Shown: one piece after another, positions 22,488 through 31,444 of the stretch
How positions within the stretch are numbered: the first letter of the stretch is position 1
Layout: the number at the start of each line of letters is the position of its first letter
NCBI GenBank assembly: GCA_044225035.1
Contig: JBGAJI010000007.1
Coordinates: 4,617 to 68,616, forward strand
Length of the DNA stretch: 64,000 bases
Direction of reading: 5' to 3'
Source: Amaricoccus sp.
Lineage (GTDB): Bacteria; Pseudomonadota; Alphaproteobacteria; Rhodobacterales; Rhodobacteraceae
The notes under the pieces: model-generated
The model's database searches: none
Seen by the model: the letters and a program-made list of their open reading frames with translations, nothing else
Told to the model about the DNA's origin: nothing
Program-made: the position numbers and the translations under genes

Positions 22488-23615
22488 ATGAAAACGAAAG
22501 CCGCCGTGGCCTTGGAGGCGGGCAAGCCGCTGGAAGTGATCGAAGTTGACCTCGAAGGCCCGCGCGCGGGCGAGGTTCTGGTCGAGATCAAGGCGACGGG
22601 CATCTGCCATACCGACGAGTTCACCTTGTCCGGCGCCGATCCCGAGGGCCTGTTTCCGGCGATCCTCGGGCACGAGGGGGCCGGCGTGGTGGTCGATGTC
22701 GGCCCGGGGGTCACCAGCGTCAAGAAGGGCGACCATGTCATCCCGCTCTACACGCCGGAATGCCGGCAGTGCCCGTCCTGCCTCAGCCGCAAGACCAACC
22801 TCTGCACCGCGATTCGCGCCACTCAAGGCCAGGGCCTGATGCCGGACGGCACCTCGCGCTTCTCGCTCGATGGCAAGCCGATCCATCACTACATGGGCTG
22901 CTCGACCTTTTCGAACTACACGGTGCTGCCGGAGATCGCGGTGGCCAAGGTCCGCGAGGACGCGCCCTTCGACAAGATCTGCTATATCGGTTGCGGCGTG
23001 ACCACCGGCGTCGGCGCGGTCATCAACACGGCGAAGGTCGAGATCGGCTCGACGGCGGTGGTGTTTGGCCTCGGCGGCATCGGGCTCAACGTGCTGCAGG
23101 GGCTGAAGCTGGCCGGCGCGGACATGATTATCGGCGTCGATCTCAATAATGATCGCAAGGCATGGGGCGAAAGGTTCGGGATGACGCATTTCGTCAACCC
23201 GGCCGAGATCGGCGAGGATATCGTTCCCTATCTCGTGAACATGACGAAGCGCGGGGCCGATCAGATCGGCGGCGCCGACTATACTTTCGACTGCACGGGC
23301 AACGTGAAGGTGATGCGTCAGGCGCTCGAATGCTCCCATCGCGGATGGGGGCAGTCGATTATCATCGGCGTGGCGCCGGCGGGCGCCGAAATCTCGACGC
23401 GGCCGTTCCAGCTTGTCACCGGGCGGCAGTGGAAGGGCACGGCCTTCGGCGGCGCGCGCGGCCGCACCGACGTGCCGCGGATCGTCGACTGGTACATGGA
23501 GGGGAAGATCCAGATCGACCCGATGATCACCCACCTGCTGCGGCTCGAGGACATCAACAAGGGCTTCGACCTGATGCACGCGGGCGAGTCGATCCGGTCG
23601 GTCGTCGTCTACTGA
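22488..23615 (+). CDS. flhA: S-(hydroxymethyl)glutathione dehydrogenase (class III ADH)
   Basis: GICHTD, GHEGAG, structural Zn Cys cluster, GLGGIG, EISTRPFQLVTGR; SD GGAGG before ATG 22488. Confidence 0.95.
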   Translation: MKTKAAVALEAGKPLEVIEVDLEGPRAGEVLVEIKATGICHTDEFTLSGADPEGLFPAILGHEGAGVVVDVGPGVTSVKKGDHVIPLYTPECRQCPSCLSRKTNLCTAIRATQGQGLMPDGTSRFSLDGKPIHHYMGCSTFSNYTVLPEIAVAKVREDAPFDKICYIGCGVTTGVGAVINTAKVEIGSTAVVFGLGGIGLNVLQGLKLAGADMIIGVDLNNDRKAWGERFGMTHFVNPAEIGEDIVPYLVNMTKRGADQIGGADYTFDCTGNVKVMRQALECSHRGWGQSIIIGVAPAGAEISTRPFQLVTGRQWKGTAFGGARGRTDVPRIVDWYMEGKIQIDPMITHLLRLEDINKGFDLMHAGESIRSVVVY

Positions 23616-23670
23616 CGTCGGGTTTCCGGCGCTTCCAAAGGCACCGGCGGAGGAGCCGGCAATCCGAGCT

Positions 23671-23700
23671 CGCCCCTTCGCGTCCGCGCGCGGAGGGGCG
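23671..23700 (+). terminator. Hairpin after flhA
   Basis: CGCCCCTTCGCG...CGCGGAGGGGCG stem. Confidence 0.5.
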
Positions 23701-23958
23701 AAAGCGTTCGTGAAATCAACTTGATGGCTGGTTTTCCGGCGCGGTCGGCGCCGTCCTCGGCCAACCCCGATCCATCTTACTACTTTATGGCAGTTTCGTT
23801 GCTTTCGTATTGACCGGCACCGGACGGCGGGCATTCTACTCCTCGGGATCGGGCGTGTAAGACCCGGCCATGTGGTCACTAAAATCGGGACTCGCGGGCA
23901 AGGCTTGGGCGGAGGGTGCCCCGCCTGAACGTCGGTCCGCCCTTAGGGAGGGATTGGA

Positions 23959-25761
23959 ATGCGCTATATCATGCCAACCGCGGCGCTGCTGCTTGCGACG
24001 AGCAGCTTCGGCGCCTTGGCGAACGACAGCGTGTCCGCCGCCATCGGCGACGCCAAGAACTGGGCGATCCAGACGGGCGACTACGCGAACCATCGCTATT
24101 CCACCCTCGACCAGATCAACAAGGACAACGTCAAGAACCTCCAGGTCGCCTGGACGTTCTCGACCGGCGTTCTGCGTGGACACGAAGGTTCGCCGCTCGT
24201 CATCGGCAACATGATGTATGTCCATGCGCCATTCCCGAACACCGTCTTCGCGCTCGATCTCGACCAGGATGGCAAGATCGTCTGGAAGTACGAGCCGCAG
24301 CAGGATCCGTCGGTGATCGGCGTGATGTGCTGCGACACGGTCAACCGCGGTCTCTCCTATGCCGACGGCATGGTCTTCCTGTCGCAGGCCGACACGACCG
24401 TGGTGGCGCTCGACGCCAAGTCCGGCGAAGTGAAGTGGAGCGTCAAGAACGGCGATCCGGCCAAGGGCGAGACCATGACGGCGACGACGATGCCGTTCAA
24501 GGACAAGCTGCTCGTATCCATCTCCGGCGGCGAGTTCGGCGTGCAGGGCCACGTCACCGCCTATAATATCAAGGACGGATCGATGGCGTGGCGCGCCTAT
24601 TCCGTCGGTCCGGACGATCAACTGCTGTTCGATCCGGAAAAGACCACCGTTCTCGGCAAGCCGGTCGGCAAGGACAGCTCGCTCGCCAGCTGGGAAGGCG
24701 ATCAGTGGAAGATCGGCGGCGGCACGACCTGGGGCTGGTACTCCTATGATCCCGACCTGAACCTGATCTATTACGGGTCGGGCAACCCCTCGACCTGGAA
24801 CCCGAGCCAGCGGCCGGGCGACAACAAATGGTCGATGACGATCTTCGCCCGCGACGCGGATACCGGCGTCGCCAAGTGGGTCTATCAGATGACCCCGCAT
24901 GACGAATGGGACTTCGACGGCGTCAACGAGATGATCCTCGCCGACCTGAAGATCGACGGCAAGGACCGCAAGACGCTGGTGCATTTCGATCGCAACGGTC
25001 TCGGCTATACGCTCGACCGCGAGACCGGCGAGCTTCTGGTCGCCCAGAAGTACGATCCGGCGGTCAACTGGACGACCGGCGTCGACATGGACCCGAAGTC
25101 GCCGACCTTCGGCCGGCCCTCGGTGGTGGCGCAATATTCGACCGAGCAGAACGGCGAAGACGTGAACACCACGGGCGTCTGCCCGGCCGCGCTCGGCACC
25201 AAGGACCAGCAGCCGGCGTCCTTCTCGCCGAAGACCGGCCTGTTCTACGTTCCGACCAACCATGTCTGCATGGACTACGAGCCGTTCCGCGTCAGCTACA
25301 CCGCCGGACAGCCCTATGTCGGTGCGACCCTGTCGATGTTCCCGGCGCCCGACAGCCATGGCGGCATGGGTAACTTCATCGCCTGGGATGCGACCAAGGG
25401 CGAGATCAAGTGGTCGCTGCCGGAGCAGTTCTCGGTCTGGTCGGGCGCCCTGGCGACCGCGGGTGACATCGTCTTCTACGGCACGCTCGAAGGCTATCTG
25501 AAGGCGGTCGATGCCAACACGGGCGAGGAGCTTTACAAGTTCAAGACCCCGTCCGGCATCATCGGCAACGTGATGACCTACGAGCATGGCGGCAAGCAGT
25601 ATATCGGCATCCTGTCGGGTGTCGGCGGCTGGGCCGGCATCGGTCTCGCGGCCGGTCTGACCAACCCGAACGAGGGCCTCGGCGCGGTCGGTGGTTACTC
25701 GGCGCTCAGCGACTACACCGCGCTTGGCGGCCAGCTGACCGTCTTCGCCCTGCCGAACTGA
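23959..25761 (+). CDS. xoxF: Lanthanide-dependent PQQ methanol dehydrogenase XoxF
   Basis: Signal peptide, LRGHEG, vicinal CC ([10 protein letters not shown]), and [11 protein letters not shown] with the extra Asp diagnostic of Ln3+ enzymes; no mxaI downstream. Confidence 0.96.
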   Translation: MRYIMPTAALLLATSSFGALANDSVSAAIGDAKNWAIQTGDYANHRYSTLDQINKDNVKNLQVAWTFSTGVLRGHEGSPLVIGNMMYVHAPFPNTVFALDLDQDGKIVWKYEPQQDPSVIGVMCCDTVNRGLSYADGMVFLSQADTTVVALDAKSGEVKWSVKNGDPAKGETMTATTMPFKDKLLVSISGGEFGVQGHVTAYNIKDGSMAWRAYSVGPDDQLLFDPEKTTVLGKPVGKDSSLASWEGDQWKIGGGTTWGWYSYDPDLNLIYYGSGNPSTWNPSQRPGDNKWSMTIFARDADTGVAKWVYQMTPHDEWDFDGVNEMILADLKIDGKDRKTLVHFDRNGLGYTLDRETGELLVAQKYDPAVNWTTGVDMDPKSPTFGRPSVVAQYSTEQNGEDVNTTGVCPAALGTKDQQPASFSPKTGLFYVPTNHVCMDYEPFRVSYTAGQPYVGATLSMFPAPDSHGGMGNFIAWDATKGEIKWSLPEQFSVWSGALATAGDIVFYGTLEGYLKAVDANTGEELYKFKTPSGIIGNVMTYEHGGKQYIGILSGVGGWAGIGLAAGLTNPNEGLGAVGGYSALSDYTALGGQLTVFALPN

Positions 25762-25804
25762 CGCCACGTCACGGCGATTGAGGGCGCTGGCCCTCGGCAC
25801 AAGG

Positions 25805-25845
25805 AATGGAAGGGGCGAAACACCCGGTGTTTCGCCCCTTCCATT
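25805..25845. terminator. Long perfect hairpin between xoxF and xoxG
   Basis: AATGGAAGGGGCGAAACACC-c-GGTGTTTCGCCCCTTCCATT (20-bp arms). Confidence 0.7.
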
Positions 25846-25958
25846 AGAAGCGCCGCCCGGGGGGCGATTGGAGACCGCCGCCGGCTGGGGACGGATCTCC
25901 GAAAGGGCGCAGACCCTTGCCGAAAACCGAAGATGACATGGGTCTTGGGAGGACCGAC

Positions 25959-26483
25959 ATGACCACAGCCAACTTGCTCCGGATCTGTCTCTGCGTCGCT
26001 GGCCTCGCGCTGCCGACGATGGGCCTCGCCCAGGAAGCCGAGCTGTCGACCGAGGCCAATATCACCGCCGACCACGAAGAAGACGGGAAGTGGTTCACCA
26101 AGGACGACATCCCGACCTTCAAGGTCGAGGCCGACGGAACGGTCGACTGGTACACCTTCTCGGGCTTTCGCCGCTATAATTCGGAATGCTTCGTCTGCCA
26201 CGGCCCGGATGGCCAGGGATCGACCTATGCGCCGGCGCTGGCCAAGTCGGTCATCAACAAGGTCGACTATTACAAGTTTCTCGAGACGGTCGCCGGCGGC
26301 AAGCAGGAAGGCAATCTGGTGATGCCGTCCTTCGGCGACAACAAGAACATCATGTGCTATCTCGACGACATCTATGTCTATCTCAAGGCGATGGGCACCG
26401 AGACCATTCCGCGCGGCCGTCCGGCCAAGAAGGCCGACAAGCCCGCCGCCTTCACCGAGGCCGAAAATGCCTGCATGGGGTAA
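25959..26483 (+). CDS. xoxG: Cytochrome c, methanol-metabolism type (XoxG/c553i)
   Basis: Signal peptide, VDWYTFSGFRRY, heme motif CFVCH, MPSFG, CYLDDIYVYL; SD GGAGGA. Confidence 0.9.
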   Translation: MTTANLLRICLCVAGLALPTMGLAQEAELSTEANITADHEEDGKWFTKDDIPTFKVEADGTVDWYTFSGFRRYNSECFVCHGPDGQGSTYAPALAKSVINKVDYYKFLETVAGGKQEGNLVMPSFGDNKNIMCYLDDIYVYLKAMGTETIPRGRPAKKADKPAAFTEAENACMG

Positions 26484-27318
26484 CGCCACGTTCGGCAGGA
26501 TCGGGCTCGTCCTCGCGGGCCTCGGCTTCCTCGCGGCGCCGGCCGACGCGCAGCTGACCGACCTCGTCTCGCGGACCGCGTTCCGCGTCTGCGCCGATCC
26601 GGCGAACGCGCCGATGAGCGTCAAGGACGGCTCCGGCTTCGAGAACCGGATCGCCGAGCTGTTCTCGCAGAAACTGGGCCGGCCGCTGGAATATTTCTGG
26701 TTCCCGATGGCCCAGGGCTTCGTGCGGCGCACGCTGCTCGAAAACCGGTGCGACGTGATCATCGGCTTCGCCCAGGGCGACGAGCTGGTGCTGAGCACCA
26801 ACGCCTATTACACCTCGACGCATGTCCTCGTGACCCGCGCCGACAGCGACCTCGCCGATGTGACGACGATCGCCGACCCGCGGCTCAAGGGGCGGCGGAT
26901 CGGGGTGATCGCCGGCAGTCCGGCGGCGAGCCATCTCGCCGACAACGACTTGCTGAAGACCACAGAGGGCTATCACCTGATGGTCGATCGCCGGGTGGAA
27001 AGCCCGAACGAGCAGATGCTGGCCGATCTCGTCGACGGCAAGCTCGACATCGCGATCATGTGGGGTCCGATCGGCGGACCGCTGGTCAAGCAGTCGAGCG
27101 CCGCGCTGAAGCTGACGCCGCTGATCGGGGAACCCGGCAGCCCGAAGCTCTTCTACCGGATTTCGATGGGCGTACGGAACGGCGAGGATGTCTGGAAGCG
27201 CGAGCTGAACTCGACGATCCGCGCGCTGCAGCCGGAAATCGACGCCATCCTGCGCGACGCCGGCGTGCCGCTGCTGAACGACATGGGCACGGCGCCGAAG
27301 CCCGACACCGCGCCATGA
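26467..27318 (+). CDS. xoxJ: XoxJ/MxaJ-like periplasmic binding protein
   Basis: FRVCADPANAPMS, GFENRIAE, GFVRRTL, WGPIGG, SMGVR. Confidence 0.9.
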   Translation: MPAWGNATFGRIGLVLAGLGFLAAPADAQLTDLVSRTAFRVCADPANAPMSVKDGSGFENRIAELFSQKLGRPLEYFWFPMAQGFVRRTLLENRCDVIIGFAQGDELVLSTNAYYTSTHVLVTRADSDLADVTTIADPRLKGRRIGVIAGSPAASHLADNDLLKTTEGYHLMVDRRVESPNEQMLADLVDGKLDIAIMWGPIGGPLVKQSSAALKLTPLIGEPGSPKLFYRISMGVRNGEDVWKRELNSTIRALQPEIDAILRDAGVPLLNDMGTAPKPDTAP

Positions 27319-27920
27319 TCCGGCGGCTGGCCCTGGCCGCGCTGCTGGCCGCGGCCGCCGCCCAGGCGGACGAGCCCCGGCCGTTGCCAGCCGAGCGTTC
27401 GTCCACGCCCGAGGCCGTGGCGCCGCCGGAGGCGCGCGAGCCGGCGGCGGAACCCGAGGGCTATCGGTCGGACCCCTATCGCGCCGCGGTCCCCGCGACG
27501 CTGAAAGGCGCCGAGGTCATCGACGACGCCGCGGCCCATGCGCTCTGGCGATCCGGCCGCGTGCCTTTCGTCGATGTCATGCCGACGCCGGTGCGCCCGC
27601 CCGACCTGCCGGAAGGGACGATCTGGCGCGATCCGCCGCGGGAGTCGATCCCCGGCGCGGTCTGGCTCGCCAATACCGGCTATGACGCTCTCGATGATGT
27701 GACCCAGGGCTATTTCCTCGCCAGCCTCGCGCTGATCTCCGGGGGCGACAAGGCCGCGCCGCTGGTCTTTTTCTGCATGCGCGACTGCTGGATGTCCTGG
27801 AACGCCGGCAAACGCGCGATCGAGAACGGCTATTCGCGGGTGTTCTGGTATCCCGGCGGGGCGGATGGCTGGGCCGCCGCCGGCTGGCCGACGGAGCGCG
27901 TCCGGCCCTACCAGCCCTGA
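27315..27920 (+). CDS. PQQ-catabolism-associated CXXCW rhodanese-like protein
   Basis: Signal peptide; SIPGAVWL, FFCMRDCWMSWNA, WYPGGADGW. Confidence 0.9.
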   Translation: MIRRLALAALLAAAAAQADEPRPLPAERSSTPEAVAPPEAREPAAEPEGYRSDPYRAAVPATLKGAEVIDDAAAHALWRSGRVPFVDVMPTPVRPPDLPEGTIWRDPPRESIPGAVWLANTGYDALDDVTQGYFLASLALISGGDKAAPLVFFCMRDCWMSWNAGKRAIENGYSRVFWYPGGADGWAAAGWPTERVRPYQP

Positions 27921-27925
27921 CGACA

Positions 27926-27940
27926 GGACTAAAGTCCAAT
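27926..27940. promoter_or_regulatory. Second GGACTAAAGTCCAAT site upstream of the ABC operon
   Basis: Identical to 22330-22344; about 116 bp upstream of the SBP start. Confidence 0.7.
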
Positions 27941-28056
27941 AGGTAGCGGGTGGACAAGCCGTCCGGTTGTTCGCCATCCTTCGGGTCAAGCTTCGGGACG
28001 AACGTTCCCGGAAATGTCGGCGCCACGAAGAGCGTCAGGGGAGGATTGAAAAGGCC

Positions 28057-29250
28057 ATGCGTGGTCCTGGACATGCTTTCGCCGTTTGCGCGCTCGCCCT
28101 CCTGACGGGCGCCGGAGCCGTCGCCGGTCAGGAGCCGGGGACGGTCGCCGCCGGGGTGATCCGCGTCGATTACGGCTTGCCGCTGCCGATCTCGCGCCTC
28201 GACCTGCCGCCCGAGGACATGGGCTTCGCCGGGGCGAAGCTCGCCACCGCCGACAATATGACGACGGGCGGCTTCATGGGGCAGAAGTTCACCGTCGAGA
28301 CCGTCACGGTGAAGCCCGACGGCGCCGTCGCCGCGCTGAACGAAATGCTCGGGCGGGGCGTCCAGTATGTCGTCGCGATGGCGCAGGCGCCGGAATTGCT
28401 CGCCTTCTCCGAGGCCGCCGGTGACCGCGCGCTGGTCTTCAATGCGACCGCGCCCGACGATTCCCTGCGCAACGCCGATTGCCGGGCCAATGTGCTGCAT
28501 GTCGCCCCCAGCCGGAGCATGGAGACCGACGCGGTCGCGCAGTTCCTCGCGTGGAAAAGGTGGAGCGACTGGTTCCTGATCGAGGGGTCGCATCCCTCCG
28601 ACACCGCGCTCGCCGACGCCTATCGCGCCTCGGCGGCGAAGTTCGGCCAGAAGATCGTCGAGAGCCGCGTCTACGAGGATACCGGCGGGGCGCGGCGCAC
28701 CGACAGCGGGCTGGTGCAGGTGCAGGCGCAGATGCCGCTCTTTACCCAGTCGGTGCTGGAGCATGATGTCACGATCGTCGCGGACGAGAACCAGATCTTC
28801 GCCGGCTTCGTACCCTATCACACCTGGGACGCGCGGCCGGTGGTCGGATCGGCCGGCCTCCGCCCGGTGACCTGGAGCCCGGCGCAAGAGGCCTGGGGCG
28901 GCACCCAGTTGCAGAGCCGGTTCGAGAAGCTGGCCGGGCGGCACATGCGGCCCGAGGACTATAACGTCTGGCTGTCGCTGCGCTCGCTCGGCGAGGCGGC
29001 GACCCGTACCAACGCGACCGACCTCGACAGCCTGCGGACCTATATCCTCGGCCCGGATTTGCAGCTCGCCGGGTTCAAGGGGCAGGCGCTGAACTTCCGC
29101 GACTGGGACCACCAGCTGCGCCAGCCGATCCTGCTCGCCTCGGACAATCTCGTCGTGTCGGTCTCGCCGCAGGATGGCTTCCTGCACCAGGTCACGCCGC
29201 TCGACACGCTGGGGACCGACCGTCCCGAGACCACGTGCTCCTTCAACTGA
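28057..29250 (+). CDS. ABC substrate-binding protein, PQQ-dependent dehydrogenase system
   Basis: ADNMTTGGFMGQ, CRANVLHVAPS, DAVAQFLAWKRW, WGGTQLQSRF, LDTLGTDRPETTC. Confidence 0.88.
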   Translation: MRGPGHAFAVCALALLTGAGAVAGQEPGTVAAGVIRVDYGLPLPISRLDLPPEDMGFAGAKLATADNMTTGGFMGQKFTVETVTVKPDGAVAALNEMLGRGVQYVVAMAQAPELLAFSEAAGDRALVFNATAPDDSLRNADCRANVLHVAPSRSMETDAVAQFLAWKRWSDWFLIEGSHPSDTALADAYRASAAKFGQKIVESRVYEDTGGARRTDSGLVQVQAQMPLFTQSVLEHDVTIVADENQIFAGFVPYHTWDARPVVGSAGLRPVTWSPAQEAWGGTQLQSRFEKLAGRHMRPEDYNVWLSLRSLGEAATRTNATDLDSLRTYILGPDLQLAGFKGQALNFRDWDHQLRQPILLASDNLVVSVSPQDGFLHQVTPLDTLGTDRPETTCSFN

Positions 29251-29266
29251 ACGAAAAAGGGATCCC

Positions 29267-30232
29267 ATGCGCGGCCATCTCGCCTTCGCCGTCCTGACGC
29301 TCGCAGCAGGGTCACCGGCGGCTGCCTACACGGTCTATGTCAGCAACGAGCGCGGCAATTCGATCACCATCATCGACAGCGAGACGATGGAGGTCATCGA
29401 CACGGTGGACGTGGGCCAGCGACCGCGCGGCATCAATCTCAGCCCGGACGGCAAGCATCTCTATATCCTCGCCTCCGACGACGATTCCGTTCAGGTGCTC
29501 GACACCGAGACGCGGCAGCTGATCCACAGCCTGCCGTCCGGCCCCGACCCGGAGCTCGGCGTGCTGCACCCGAGCGGCAATCCGCTTTACGTCGCGAACG
29601 AGGACGACAATCTCGTCACCGCGATCGATGTCGAGACCGGCACGATCCGCGCCGAAATCCCGGTCGGGATCGAGCCCGAGGGCATGGGGATCAGCCCGGA
29701 CGGCAAGATCATGGTGAATACCTCCGAAACCACCAACATGGCGCATTTCATCGATACCGAGACCGATCAGATCGTCGCCAATGTGCTGGTCGACCAGCGT
29801 CCGCGGTTCGCGCAATTCACCGACGACGGCAAATATCTCTATGTCAGCGCCGAGATCGGCGGCACGGTCAGCGTGATCGATCCGGTCAAGCACGAGGTCA
29901 TCCACAAGATCACCTTCGACGTTCCCGGCGTGCCGAAGGAGGCCTTGCAGCCGGTCGGCGTACGCGTGACGAAGGACGACAAGAAGGTCTTCGTCGCCCT
30001 CGGGCCGGCGAACCGCGTCGCCGTGGTCGATGGCGAGACCTGGGAGGTGCTGGATTATCTGCTGGTCGGACAGCGGGTCTGGCAGCTGGCCTTCACCCCC
30101 GACGAGAAGCAGCTCTGGACCACCAACGGCATTTCGAACGACGTGTCGGTGATCGATGTCGACGCGCTGACGGTGCTGAAATCGGTTCAGGTCGGACAGC
30201 AGCCCTGGGGCGTCGCGATCTCGCCGAACTGA
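29267..30232 (+). CDS. PQQ-catabolism-associated YVTN beta-propeller protein
   Basis: YVSNERGN, GQRPRGI, GPDPE, YVANEDDN, GIEPEG, VNTSETTNM, QPWGV. Confidence 0.9.
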   Translation: MRGHLAFAVLTLAAGSPAAAYTVYVSNERGNSITIIDSETMEVIDTVDVGQRPRGINLSPDGKHLYILASDDDSVQVLDTETRQLIHSLPSGPDPELGVLHPSGNPLYVANEDDNLVTAIDVETGTIRAEIPVGIEPEGMGISPDGKIMVNTSETTNMAHFIDTETDQIVANVLVDQRPRFAQFTDDGKYLYVSAEIGGTVSVIDPVKHEVIHKITFDVPGVPKEALQPVGVRVTKDDKKVFVALGPANRVAVVDGETWEVLDYLLVGQRVWQLAFTPDEKQLWTTNGISNDVSVIDVDALTVLKSVQVGQQPWGVAISPN

Positions 30233-30263
30233 CCGCGCAATAATCACTGGAAGGGATGAAACG

Positions 30264-30707
30264 ATGCTGAAACTCGCACTCGCGGCGGTGGTCGCGCTCG
30301 GCGCCGGGCAGATGGCCATGGCGCAGACCCGGACGCTGGAAATCGGTGCCGCCGGGCTGATGGAGCGGTCGAACCGCACCGATCTCGCGCCGATCGAACT
30401 GACCGCCGGCTCGATGAAATCCGGTGGCCCGTACGAGTTGAACGCCGCCGGCTACTACCGGATCGAGATCAAGTCCGACGGCACGGCCGAGCTCGCCATC
30501 GAGGGGCCGGAGCTGTTCCATGCCGTCTGGCTGAACGAGGTCGTCATCAACGAGATCGAAGTGCGGCCGATCGGGCTCGATTCGATCGAATTCGACGACG
30601 AGGGAACGGCGCGCATCTCCTTCGTCGCGATCACGCCCGGCGAATACGAGATCCGCATCCGCGGCACCAGCGGCGAGACGCAGCGCGCGGTCTTCAACAT
30701 CAAGTGA
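30264..30707 (+). CDS. Exported cupredoxin-like-fold hypothetical protein without Cys
   Basis: Signal peptide; beta-rich pattern ..YYRIEI..SIEFDDEG..FVAITPGEYEI; lies inside the ABC operon. Confidence 0.7.
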   Translation: MLKLALAAVVALGAGQMAMAQTRTLEIGAAGLMERSNRTDLAPIELTAGSMKSGGPYELNAAGYYRIEIKSDGTAELAIEGPELFHAVWLNEVVINEIEVRPIGLDSIEFDDEGTARISFVAITPGEYEIRIRGTSGETQRAVFNIK

Positions 30708-31444
30708 CCGACGCCCTCTCCGTCACCGGGGTCGGCCATTCCTTCGGGGCGCTGAAGGCGCTCGACGACGTGTCCCTGACGGTGGGGGAGGGGCGCTTCG
30801 TCGCCCTGCTCGGGATCAACGGGGCGGGCAAGACCACGCTCTTCTCGTTGATCACTCGGCTCTATGACAGCGTGGCCGGACGGATCGCGGTAATGGGGCA
30901 CGACCTCCGCCGCGATCCCGGCCCGGCCCTCGCCGCGCTAGGCGTGGTGTTCCAGAGTCGCGCGCTCGACGCCGATCTGACCGTGGCGCAGAACCTCGCC
31001 TATCATGCCGCGCTGCACGGCATGTCCGCGTCCGATGCCCGGGCACGGGCGAAGGAAATGGTCGAGGATGTCGGCCTCGGCGACAAACTGAGCGCGCGGG
31101 TCTCGACCCTCTCCGGTGGCCAGACCCGCCGGGCCGAGATCGCCCGCGCGCTCATCCACCGGCCGCGCCTGCTCCTGCTCGACGAGGCGACGGCGGGGCT
31201 CGATGCGCGGGCGCGGGTCGAGGTGGCGCGGCTCGTCCGCGATCTCGTCGCGCGCGAGCGGGTCGGCGTGCTCTGGGCGACCCATCTCTTCGACGAGATC
31301 GCGCCGGAGGACGACGTGGTGGTCCTGCATCGTGGCCACGTGCTGGCGTCCGACCGCGCCGCGACGCTGGCCGGCGACGGCACGCTGGCCGAAGCGTTCC
31401 TGGCGATGACCGGCGGGGGAGAGGTGGCCGATGGCCGAGGGTAA
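30704..31444 (+). CDS. ABC ATP-binding protein, PQQ-ADH system
   Basis: [42 protein letters not shown]. Confidence 0.9.
   Translation: MTDALSVTGVGHSFGALKALDDVSLTVGEGRFVALLGINGAGKTTLFSLITRLYDSVAGRIAVMGHDLRRDPGPALAALGVVFQSRALDADLTVAQNLAYHAALHGMSASDARARAKEMVEDVGLGDKLSARVSTLSGGQTRRAEIARALIHRPRLLLLDEATAGLDARARVEVARLVRDLVARERVGVLWATHLFDEIAPEDDVVVLHRGHVLASDRAATLAGDGTLAEAFLAMTGGGEVADGRG

Noticed and set aside
23959-25761. Calcium-dependent MxaF
   Set aside because: It has the additional Ln-binding Asp (DEWDFDG), and there is no mxaI or mxaACKL.
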